Shown one piece after another: positions 19,969 through 29,513 of a stretch of 64,000 bases of DNA; within the stretch, counting starts at the first letter, position 1, and every line of letters begins with the position of its first letter. The stretch is from NCBI GenBank assembly GCA_023205875.1, contig CP060754.1, positions 1,302,001 to 1,366,000 of the forward strand, in the 5' to 3' direction. This stretch comes from Chloropicon primus (Eukaryota). The notes beneath the pieces were generated by a model. The model had not been told where the DNA came from. It did no database searches and was given only the letters and a program-made list of their open reading frames with translations. The position numbers and the translations under genes are program-made.

Positions 19969-22119
19969 ATGAGAATGATGGCTGCTGCTTCCTCCGCGGG
20001 TCCCCTGGAGGGGGACGGAGTCATGGCGGCGGATTGCCCGAACCGCCTCGCCATCCTCGTGGACGTCGCGCAACTCAGGAGGTACCCCGGCGACAACAAA
20101 AGCAACGACGAAGACGCATCCGCAACGACGACGACACGCGATGCTGGTGATGCTGTTGCTGCTGCTACTAATGCTGCTACTAATGCTGCTGCTTCTGGTG
20201 ACGCTCCACCATCCGCCCCCGGCGTCTACTGCCCTCTCCGAGCGAGGGCACTGATGGCGGACGTGGCGTGCCTCGTGGCGCAGTCCGCGGCGTCCCACAT
20301 GTTGTTTGGATCTTCGTCATCACCATCACCATCATCTTCATCACCATCATCACCACCATCACCATCACCTTCACCAACATCACCTTCACCATCACCTTCA
20401 CCAACATCTCTTCGCAGCCGCAGGTGCAGCTGGACCTGGAGAATCTTCGACTCGCAGCTGAGCCTGATGGCGACGGAGAAGGACGTGGCCCAGCTGGCTC
20501 GGGAGGACGTGGCCCAGCTGGCTCGGGAGGACGTGGCCCAGCTGGCTCGGGATCGTCACAAGCCTGGCGTGGCCCACCAGACGTTCGAGGCCTTCGATTA
20601 CGCGCACTTCACGCACTTTCTGAGGGTGCTGGAGAGGTTCACCGCGACTTGTAGGGGGAGGGTCAACAAGGGGGTGGTGGTGGACAGGCTTCAGCAGGTG
20701 TCGAGGTGCCTCACAGGGGTCCTGTCCACGTTGGACCACAACGCCTCGATCGTGTCTTGGGTGTTCAGCAGCTACGAGGCGGGGAGCGACAGGGTCGAGG
20801 AGATCAAGACTATAGGAGCGAGGGGGAGCCTCCTGAGGTGGTTCTCCCCCGGGAACGTGGGCTCCTCGGGCTCCCCGGGCTCCCCGGGCCTTCCGAAAGC
20901 CATCGAGGTGCTCGAGCTGCGCCAGGTGATGGCGGAGCTCAGGGAAAGGAGGAGGGAAATGCGGGAGCGGGGCATGGCGGTGCTTCGGGAGGCCACCTCG
21001 CTCGCCACCTTCGCCCCGAGCTCCTCAGAGGGAACGGAGGTTCTCTGCCCCCCCGCGAGGACCTCGGGCCGAGGCGTGGCCAAGGCAGCGGACGTGGAGA
21101 GAACCAGAGCGCTGCTGGACCAGAGCCTCGAGTCGTACAACAACAAGCGCGGGGCGGTGGGGGAGAGGGGGGGGGGGACCCCGGAAGCGAGCGACGGCGA
21201 CGGCGACGGCTCCCTCTCCAGGCTTGTGGCGGACAGCAACTTGGAGCTGCAGTCGTTCTACAACACGTCGGAGAGCGGCTTGAGGCCCCACACAGTGGTC
21301 CACAAGGTCGTCAGCAGCTTCTTCTCGAGCAGGGCTTGCAAGCCCTCCGAGGCCTTCTCCGGATGCAAGGACCTGTTCGTGGACCGCGCCACGCTCAAGG
21401 AAAAGTACGGCAAGGGCTTCAAGGGCAGCAAAGAGATGAAGGTGAAGGAGTACCTGACGCAGATTCTGCTCCGCTTGGAGTCGGCCAACCAGGCGATGAC
21501 AAAGGCGCCCGAATCAAGGGAAGAGGGGCTGCTGCTCGGCAAGCAGCAGTTGAAGGAGCTGAAGCAGATGCTGAAGGACATCATGTTCAGCATGCCTGCG
21601 GCTATCCCTGGAAGCGGGGTCAAGGAGCTTCTGGAAACGATCGTGTCCCCGTCCTTTCCGCACTTGGAGAGGACGGTGCACCAGCTCAAGTCCCACTTCG
21701 GCTTGGCGTCCCAGGCGAACAACAGGAAGAGGGCGGAAAAGGCCGAGGAAAGCGCTCAGCTGAACGGCTTTGGCGTGAAGAAGGAGGAGGGCCGAGGAGG
21801 GAGATCCTCCTCGAGAAGGATCTCGTCTTCCAAGGCCAAGCCAAAGCCAAAGTCCGCGATCCCTTCGACCGCCGCGGCGTACCCCCTCCTCCCCCAGAGT
21901 CAGTCGAGCCAGGCACCAAAGGTGTGCCAGCAGTCGCAGTCTGCGGCCCAGCAGCAGCCCCGATTCCACGGGAACCTGGCAAGGCAAGTCTCCCTGAAGC
22001 TTGGGGTACCAGCAAAGAGCAAAAGGCGGGGGGGGAGGCCCGAGCTGGGCAGGGAGAACAAGAAGCCGTGCGTCAGGAAAGACACCGTCTTGGAGACCCC
22101 GTTCCTGAAGAAGCGGTGA
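19969..22119 (+). CDS. Treslin/TICRR (Sld3)-like replication initiation factor
   Basis: N-terminal LAILVD...WTWRIFDS (vWA-like CIT start), KVKEYLTQILLRLE (Sld3/Treslin-domain-like), C-terminal CDK site VLETP; contains a 24-bp x3 repeat (EDVAQLAR). Confidence 0.55.
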   Translation: MRMMAAASSAGPLEGDGVMAADCPNRLAILVDVAQLRRYPGDNKSNDEDASATTTTRDAGDAVAAATNAATNAAASGDAPPSAPGVYCPLRARALMADVACLVAQSAASHMLFGSSSSPSPSSSSPSSPPSPSPSPTSPSPSPSPTSLRSRRCSWTWRIFDSQLSLMATEKDVAQLAREDVAQLAREDVAQLARDRHKPGVAHQTFEAFDYAHFTHFLRVLERFTATCRGRVNKGVVVDRLQQVSRCLTGVLSTLDHNASIVSWVFSSYEAGSDRVEEIKTIGARGSLLRWFSPGNVGSSGSPGSPGLPKAIEVLELRQVMAELRERRREMRERGMAVLREATSLATFAPSSSEGTEVLCPPARTSGRGVAKAADVERTRALLDQSLESYNNKRGAVGERGGGTPEASDGDGDGSLSRLVADSNLELQSFYNTSESGLRPHTVVHKVVSSFFSSRACKPSEAFSGCKDLFVDRATLKEKYGKGFKGSKEMKVKEYLTQILLRLESANQAMTKAPESREEGLLLGKQQLKELKQMLKDIMFSMPAAIPGSGVKELLETIVSPSFPHLERTVHQLKSHFGLASQANNRKRAEKAEESAQLNGFGVKKEEGRGGRSSSRRISSSKAKPKPKSAIPSTAAAYPLLPQSQSSQAPKVCQQSQSAAQQQPRFHGNLARQVSLKLGVPAKSKRRGGRPELGRENKKPCVRKDTVLETPFLKKR

Positions 22120-22336
22120 CCGGGAGGGGGTCCTTGGAGATAAAGAGGAAGTCTTGACAACAGCAAAAGTCGAAATGTCCATCATCTGGTTCATGTGTCA
22201 CCCCCAACCAACCCCCAGGCAACAACGACGGACAACGAAAAGCAAAACAGACCTCCACACGTTACGCCGTGTTTTACATCATCATCACAATCGATCGACC
22301 CCAACAAAATTTTGATATATCATATCAAAACACAAA

Positions 22337-24049
22337 TCACATCGAGTTTACCATCTTGAAGTCGGTGCTGGCGATTGCCATGGCGAAGGCCTGGAGGATG
22401 CTGCAAGGGGCGGCGACGTCGAGGGAGAACTCGTTCTTTCCCCTCTTCCCAAAGATGACAACCTCCTTCTTGGATGGCAAGACAGCGCGAACGGTCTTGC
22501 CAACCTTGGACGACCCGTCGTCCATCTTGGCACCCGCGATCGTCTTGCTGGCCTTCGAGTCGGCCATGACGAAGTTCTTCACACTGGCTTCCGTGACCCT
22601 TCCCTTGAAGTCGAGCACGTAGGACTGAAGGTCCTCCCTCCACTGGGGCTCCAAACTCTTCAGGACCACCTGGGGAGGAAACGAGGAGGAGCCCGCCTTT
22701 GCAGCGCCGCTCCCCTGCCCGCCAACGCCGTCGCTCTTGGCCCTCTCCTTGCTCTCCTTGTAGCAGTGGATAAGCTCCGTGTTCGCACCCGCCTGGTGCG
22801 CGCACTTGGGATCCGTGAAGATCGCTGTCATGGACCTGGGGCCCCCGTCTTTGGTCAGCAGAGTTTGCTTGTACCTGATGGCCAGCAGCTCGTCCCCGCC
22901 CTCGGCGTCGCCCTTGTCAGCGTTGCTCCTCTTGAAGAGGGTGTACTCCGAGCCCAAGATGTTTCCTCTGAGCTTGGCGATGTACCCCTCCGACTCTCTC
23001 GTGAGCCCTTCCCTCTTTACGCTGATGATGTAGTAAGAGCTCTTGCTCTTCTTCCTCTTCCTCGCGCAAAGAAGGAAAGCCTTGCTGTCGGGGAGCCCGG
23101 GGACATTGTCCAGGAGCATCTCGAAAACGGGGTACGAGCCAACAATCCCCCGCTTCCTGATCATGCGGCACTGGAGCATCTTCTTCATCTCCAAGGGCCT
23201 GAGCAGGGCCTCGAGCCTGCTCTCGTTCAGCAGGGACATGATGCCCTCCGTGCTGGCCATTCCCATATCCAGCCCGCGGCGCCCCACGTCTGCTCCCAAG
23301 CCTGGCTTGCTCTGCTCGCTGGCCTCCTTCGGCCTCGCCAGAACTTTTTCGCCATCCCCCCCATCGCTCCTCTCCCCCTCCTGCTGAAAGAGCTTTCTGC
23401 TGGTGCCCCCCGCCCTGCCGTGGTCGGCAGTGCCTTGCATCATCGAGGACGGCGTTCTCTGGCTGATGTGGTCCGCCAGGGCCACCCCTCTCCCTTTCCC
23501 ACCGCTGCCCAACTCGAGGCCCGGCTTCTCCTCCTCTTTGCTGACAAGCTCCTCCTCTTCCCTGAGAGCGGCCTTCAGACTGCTCATGGGCGTCTTGGGA
23601 GCCATGATGCCTGGGGACCCCTGCGTCCTGGCCGCGAGCGATCGGCCCGCCCGGTACAGGTTGCTTCCGTTGTTCAAGACCTGGTCTTTGGTTATCTTTG
23701 CCCTGCCTCCCCCGCCATGGTGCTTACCAGACGGCTCATGGCTCGTGCTGCGGGTCCTCAAGTTGAACACCGGATTGTCTTGAGAGAGCTGGGGCGCGAA
23801 GGGTGACGAGAGGGTGGCCCTCACGCCCGCCTCCGACACTGGGCTCACAACAAACGAGTCCTCGCAGCTGCTCGAAGTCCTCTGGCTGCTCGCTGGACTC
23901 TTCTCATCCGGGATGGAAAGGTTCTCGTCCGATTCAGAGTCACTGGACAGGCCGCCATCATCCCCCGAGCCCTTGTACCCTCTGTACCCACCAAGGCCCC
24001 TGACCGTAGTGGTCCCACTGGCCAAGCTACGCCGGAACGCCACGCCCTT
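22337..24049 (-). CDS. Tubby-like protein (5' exon(s) upstream of 24049 unresolved)
   Basis: FLLCARKRKKSKSSYYIIS, KLRGNILGSEY, GPRSM, LDFKGRVTEASVKNF, FSLDV..P.S.LQAFAMAI; probable intron 24154-24050. Confidence 0.92.
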   Translation of the reverse strand, partial: KGVAFRRSLASGTTTVRGLGGYRGYKGSGDDGGLSSDSESDENLSIPDEKSPASSQRTSSSCEDSFVVSPVSEAGVRATLSSPFAPQLSQDNPVFNLRTRSTSHEPSGKHHGGGGRAKITKDQVLNNGSNLYRAGRSLAARTQGSPGIMAPKTPMSSLKAALREEEELVSKEEEKPGLELGSGGKGRGVALADHISQRTPSSMMQGTADHGRAGGTSRKLFQQEGERSDGGDGEKVLARPKEASEQSKPGLGADVGRRGLDMGMASTEGIMSLLNESRLEALLRPLEMKKMLQCRMIRKRGIVGSYPVFEMLLDNVPGLPDSKAFLLCARKRKKSKSSYYIISVKREGLTRESEGYIAKLRGNILGSEYTLFKRSNADKGDAEGGDELLAIRYKQTLLTKDGGPRSMTAIFTDPKCAHQAGANTELIHCYKESKERAKSDGVGGQGSGAAKAGSSSFPPQVVLKSLEPQWREDLQSYVLDFKGRVTEASVKNFVMADSKASKTIAGAKMDDGSSKVGKTVRAVLPSKKEVVIFGKRGKNEFSLDVAAPCSILQAFAMAIASTDFKMVNSM

Positions 24050-24743
24050 CTGCAAGAGGTTGATTCAAGGACAAGACAAAGCGGTGAGACCAGTGTCGTC
24101 AGCAACCGAGCAGGAAGACGAATGCCGGATGATGCAGCGCCCTCTCAAGCTTACCTTCCCCGTGTACTTCTCCCTCAAGGTCTGGTGGTAGTCACCACGA
24201 TCTTCCAAGATCAAGCTCGAGTTGGCATTGCCTCGAAACTAGGACGGAGGCAATCCATCCGCGCGACGCGAGAGAAGCAAGATCAGTTTTGAGATGGATG
24301 GATGGAATCAAAAGTCAGCACACGAGGTGTGTCTCCAGTCTCGCTTGCTCTGAGCACTCGGGCGAGCCAGCCTCCCCGTCCTCATTGCTGGAGCGAAGCA
24401 ACAAGGTGGTGGAAAGCTTCAAAAACCTTTGGCCAACTTTGGGCTCGGAAAAGGAGAAGGAAAAGGTCGCTCACCTTGGGTTGGAGAGCCTCGGCTGCCT
24501 CGCCCAGTAAGTCTCGTCCTGACATGGTAGGCCAGCAGTGCTTTGTGCTTGGGCTTGCTTTGGTCTGGGAGGAAGTCCAACCAACCCAAGCCAACCGATG
24601 GGGACTTTGCGAAGTGGTTTTCGAACTAGTCCGTAATTCAAGGATAGGAGGCGTAGACGAGACCTCGAAGGGATTATTGGGATTGGTGAGAATGCACACA
24701 AGAACGTGTGTTGTGAGATAAAAAGAGGAGCAAAAAGATGGAA

Positions 24744-26495
24744 TTATTGGCACATGGAGATGGCCTCGAGGCCCTCCGCGTTGCTGAGCTGCTCTGGGAC
24801 ATGGGGGACTAGCCCTGTCTCGAGCTCTCTCTCCAGGACGACGCCGACCTTCTCGCCGGGCTGCTGCTGCTGCTGCTGCTGCCCGGGGGAAGAGACTGAT
24901 CCGAGTGCGGGCGCCCCTGACGCAGAGGGAGAGGCCGACGAGTACGATGGCTGCATCGTCGTGGCCATCACCGGGGACGGGGACCCGCCGAGCTGCTGCA
25001 GCAGCTTCCTGCCAAGGCTAGAGGTGCCGGACGACGGGACAAGAGGCGGAGCCATCACGCCCGAGGTGCCAGGCGCCCCGGCCATTCCTGGCATTCCTGG
25101 CATTCCTGGCGTGCCTGAGATGGCTCCCAGCTCAGGCCTAAGGATGTTCACCGTCTGGGGCTTGAAAGGGAAAGGATTGATCTTGCCCAGACCCATCTCC
25201 CCGGACTGCCTCGTGTGAAGGAGTTCCTCGATCATGCCAATGGCCGCAGTCATCATCACGGGGAGCTGGCTTCGTGGCCCCGTGGGGTTGACGACCATGC
25301 TCACGTCCACCTCGCTGGCCACGATCCTGGCCAAGTCCTTGTCCGGGTCCCCAACCGTGAAGTTGTTGGGGGGTTTCCACATGCAGTTCTCGCCCTGGGC
25401 GATGGGCCCCTCCGTGAAGGACGCGCACTGCATCCCCCAGGCCTCCGCCGGGGAGACTTTGGTGCAGATCAAGCGGGCGAAGAACGTGTACTCGGGCAGG
25501 AGCTGCGGCCTTATCTCGAAGTTCTTGCTCTTGCACTCGTTGGCCACTGGGTCCCACGCGTTGAGGTAGGTCGTCTTCTCCGTTGGCCCGCACACGATCT
25601 GGTACGACACGAACTCGGGCACGCCGCGAGTGTCCGTCCTCCTCAGCCCGTCGAGGTCCAGGTCGGCAATCGGCAGGGCCCCGCCGTGCATCAGCTCGCC
25701 CGCCTCGTTCCTCGGCATCTTCTGCAGCTTCTGCATCAAATCCCTGACTCCGATGTTGATCGTCCCGGCCCTCGTGCCGTTCTTCAGGTTGCCCGCGGTG
25801 AGCAGGATGGGGTACGCGATGGCGGTCTTCTTGTCGAACCTCCTCCTTATCACGCTCATCCTGGGATCCCCCGACTTGATCGGGACGAGCCCTGGCCCGA
25901 ACGCCTGCAAGACCTTCGTGGACTCCCTGACGGTGGACGTGAACCCCATGATGTAGCTCTTGTCCCACATCAGGTTCACCGCGCCTCCCCCAAAGTTCGC
26001 GTTCGGATCGCTCGCGTAGGAGGGGCCGCTCAGGGGCGCCTGGGGGGCAAGCGTCGTCGAGATGGGCCCGCCAGCAGAGGGCTTCCCGTCGTAAAGGCTG
26101 CCCCCCCCTCCCGAGATGGCCCCGAGGGACGCGTTGAGGTCTTCCACCTTGTCACCATCCCCGGAAGAAGAAGAAGAAGTAGAAGAAGCTGACGGGGAGG
26201 TGATGGCCCCGAGGGACGCGTTGAGGTCGTCCACCTTGTCACCATCCCCGGAAGAAGAAGAAGAAGTAGAAGCTGACGGGGAGGTGATGGCCCCGAGGGA
26301 CGCGTCGAGGTCGTCCACCTTGTCACCGGGCGAGATCACGCCCAAGGTCGTGCTGACCTGACCCGACGGAGCAGCCCCGCCCTCGCCGCTGGAAACGGCA
26401 CCGGGCTCCTGGCAGTGCGCCACGTAGGGCCCCACCAGGAGCCCCACCAGGAGCACGACCGCCCAGCAGGAGATGATGGTGTCGAACTTCCTCAT
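24744..26495 (-). CDS. Secreted/cell-surface protein of unknown function with N-terminal repeats and a Cys-containing core
   Basis: Long ORF with coding-like codon use; signal-peptide-like WAVVLLVGLLVGPYVAHC; 3x GDKVDDLNASLGAI repeat (26115-26330). Confidence 0.65.
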   Translation of the reverse strand: MRKFDTIISCWAVVLLVGLLVGPYVAHCQEPGAVSSGEGGAAPSGQVSTTLGVISPGDKVDDLDASLGAITSPSASTSSSSSGDGDKVDDLNASLGAITSPSASSTSSSSSGDGDKVEDLNASLGAISGGGGSLYDGKPSAGGPISTTLAPQAPLSGPSYASDPNANFGGGAVNLMWDKSYIMGFTSTVRESTKVLQAFGPGLVPIKSGDPRMSVIRRRFDKKTAIAYPILLTAGNLKNGTRAGTINIGVRDLMQKLQKMPRNEAGELMHGGALPIADLDLDGLRRTDTRGVPEFVSYQIVCGPTEKTTYLNAWDPVANECKSKNFEIRPQLLPEYTFFARLICTKVSPAEAWGMQCASFTEGPIAQGENCMWKPPNNFTVGDPDKDLARIVASEVDVSMVVNPTGPRSQLPVMMTAAIGMIEELLHTRQSGEMGLGKINPFPFKPQTVNILRPELGAISGTPGMPGMPGMAGAPGTSGVMAPPLVPSSGTSSLGRKLLQQLGGSPSPVMATTMQPSYSSASPSASGAPALGSVSSPGQQQQQQQPGEKVGVVLERELETGLVPHVPEQLSNAEGLEAISMCQ

Positions 26496-26816
26496 GACTC
26501 GCGCGCGCGGTTCCGTTCCGTTGCCTCGTCGTCGTCCTCGTCCCCGTGCGTCTCTCCAGCGCTGGGAAAGAACCACGTCGTCGTCGGCGCCGTCGTCAAG
26601 TTCCCCTGGCCTGAGTAACCGCCCGCCTTTGCTGTTGTCGATTCATTCCGAGACGAGCGAGGATTCAAGGTTGTCAAAAATATCCAGAGGAATGGAGAAT
26701 AGAATAGGTGAGGGATGAGATGGCGGTCGGTCGTCGTCGTTGTCGTGGGAAGCGATGGCGATGCGCTGGTGATCCTCTGGTTTGTGTTACAACTTTTTGT
26801 TTTGTTTTGTTTACTG

Positions 26817-27462
26817 TCAACTGCACCGGACGAGGGGAGACTGGGCTTCTTCCGGGGTCAATTGAGAAACCTTTTTTATCGTCATCGCCCCGCCGAGGAG
26901 GTCGTTCGCCCCGCTCAAGGAGTCCTCCGTGGCCATCGTCCCGGGCTCGATCGCGCCGCTGGACTCCGGGCGGCGTCCTCTCTCGGTGCCCCTGCAGGCC
27001 AGTGCCTTGAACACGTCGTACTTTCCCGGTCTCGCGTTGATCTTGGCGGTCGTGCAACCGCCCTCCGAAGGGACGCGGATCACCGCGTGGCGCACGACGG
27101 TCTCGTCTGCGGCAACGACAGCGCGGGAAACCGTCAGCTCGCTGGAGATCGCGCGATATCTCTCTCTGTGTGTGTGTGTGTGTGCCTGCTTCAGACTTAC
27201 CGGTGCAATCCACGACGTACGTGACTATGGACTTAGACCCATCCTCAAACGACAGCAAGCCGCCCCTCTCCCCGTCCTCGAACGTGTAGCCACCGATCAC
27301 GGTGACGTTCATGTCCGCCCCCGAGTCGCCGACCCCGGGCATCACCAACTCGATCTCGTAAGGCTTTTCGAAATCGACGACGGGAGCCATCACAGCAGCC
27401 ACCACGGAGCTCAGACACCAAAAAGCCAGAGCGAGAATGACACCCCTCGCCGTCGTCGCCAT
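26817..27462 (-). CDS. Small secreted protein of unknown function; exons 27462-27201 and 27106-26817
   Basis: Signal peptide MATTARGVILALAFWCLSSVVAA; GTAAGT...CGCAG intron with a CTGAC branch point restores frame. Confidence 0.55.
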
Positions 27463-27687
27463 GTTCTCTCTCGCTCGCTCAAACACCCTTTTCCTCGATC
27501 GATGACTGCCTCCGCCGCCCCGATCCGCGCAAGAACTAAACTGCCGGGACCGGTCGAGCGTTACGGCCCCCCCCAAGGTCAAGGTCTCTCTGCCTTTCCT
27601 CTTCTAATGGATAAGGTAAGAATTTTTTTTTTCAGCCACAAGACAGAGAGAGGTGCTGCTGAAGGACAGACAGAACGAAGGCGCGAG

Positions 27688-28696
27688 ATGGAGAGAGCTG
27701 CAACGAGAGTGGGAGCGAGGGTAAGTGAACCTTTCATTCGGAATTCAGCTCCACGTTCTCGCTCGCCTGTGCGTGTGCGTGTGCGTGTGCGTTCCTCTGC
27801 CATTGTGCTGTGTCCAGAGGAACCTTCCCTTTCCCTTTCTCTTCACAGGAGCGGCTCTCGCTGCTTCGCCCGTGCGCGCTCGATGCCTGGCTAACGCAAC
27901 TCTCTGTCTGTCTCTTTCGCCCTCCTGTCTATTCTCTTGCTCTTCGTTCCTCTTCGCCGTCATGCACCAGGGTCCCTTGAGGATTCCCAGCAGGCGAGTG
28001 GGAAGAGGGCAGCTGCAGGTCGTGGCCTTCAAGAAGGTGTCCAAGAAGGTCGAGGTGGTGCTTTCCAAGGACGTCGCTTCGGTTGGAACCTCTGGGACTG
28101 TCAAGAAAGTATCGAGGGGCTACTTCAAGAACTACCTGTATCCCCAGGGACTCGCGGAGCCTGTTACCGACCAGGTCATGGAGAAGATGAAGGCTCAGCA
28201 GGCGCGCGACGCGGCGGCAAAGGAAGCTGTAAGTTCCGACCCCTCCCGAAATCAATCAGAACATCGCCCCCACACGGAGAGAGGGAATCCACTGACACGC
28301 TGACAACGTGCTGAACTTCGTGCTGAACTTTTTTGACGATGCGTTCATCCTCGACCAGCTGAAAGAGGATGCCAAGAAGATTGCGACGGCCCTCTCGATA
28401 GCGAAGAACTTCACGGTGAAGAAGGAGGCCAACGAGGAGAACACCTACGGAAGGTATGTGAATTCTTGAGCCACGATCGCGATGACAGCGCCGATGACGC
28501 AAATTGCTGACCCATCTGCCTCTCCAGTGTCACCATGGCGGAGCTCAAAGCCATCATCAAGAAGCAGACGACCCTCGACTTGAGCGACGACGTGATCGAC
28601 TTGCCTGTGATCAAGGAGCTCGGAACCTTCACCGTTACGGCGAACTTGCACCCCGAAGTGAAGCAGGACTTCACAGTCACCGTCGAGAAAGCTTGA
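27688..28696 (+). CDS. rpl9: Plastid 50S ribosomal protein L9 (multi-exon)
   Basis: VEVVLSKDV..VG..G.V.KVSRGYFKNYLYPQGLA, YGSV, IKELGTFTVTANLHPEV; GTAAGT/GTATGT donors at 27721, 28229 and 28454. Confidence 0.92.
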
Positions 28697-28893
28697 TTTA
28701 ATAGCCACTTTTGGTGACACCGAGTCTTGTTATGTGCCACACTTGTGCTTCCAGCACGCACTCGCCGTCCGCCCGCACCACTTGCTCCGCCCGGGCTTCC
28801 CAAGAAAGGAAGACTCACCGCGATAAAGGAACAGGCACACAATATACTATCGATAGAATTACACGGGGGCGCCAAAACTGCCCTCTCTTCCCT

Positions 28894-29078
28894 TTACCTT
28901 TTCCCCTTGCCCTTGCCCTGGGCTTGCTGGTCCTCCAGAGCATCGAGGTCCACGTCGCCTCCTCTCGCCATGACCGCGCTCATGATGCGGTTGAGCTTCT
29001 CCATCTTCTTCAGGTCGCTCGCTTGATTCGTCTTGTACGTGAAGCACTGCCGCCAGACGCAGAGCCACAGAGAGAAAG

Positions 29079-29111
<33 letters not shown>

Positions 29112-29453
29112 ACCAACGAGAGAGGAAGAAGAGTCAGCCTTCTTGGAAGCTCCGCCACCAGATTGTCACGTCCCGCTCAGCCGACTTCGCAGCATCGCAA
29201 GCGAAGCCCCGAAGGGATTCGAACAACACGCGCTTCCCAATGATCGCCTCTAGCGCACTCGACACAAGCACGCCGAGCATCATCATGGTTTGATCATTTT
29301 GCCTTCGCCCTTTCTTACCTCCTCGTTGTCTGTTGCCTTTAAGGTCATCTTCCCCTCCGCGTGTTTGTACTTGACGACGTATCGCGTGTGGAGAGGATTC
29401 CTCCGTGCCATCTCCTCCGCCTTGGCGGCGAACTCGTCCCACTCCAGCAGCAT
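28894..29453 (-). CDS. SRP9: Signal recognition particle 9 kDa protein; exons 29453-29319 and 29046-28894
   Basis: WDEF...AEEM..RNP..TRYVVKYKH.EGK..LKATDN / CFTYKTNQASDLKKMEKLN; 272-nt GTAAGA...CAG intron. Confidence 0.92.
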
Positions 29454-29513
29454 GACCTCCTCCTCTTGGGCCTTTGGCTGGCTCCTCTCTCTCCTTGGCT
29501 CGCGAACCCTAGA

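Noticed and set aside
29215..29224. GTTCGAATCC (tRNA T-loop/B-box-like) on the minus strand in the SRP9 intron
   Set aside because: No T stem, acceptor stem or D arm can be formed around it
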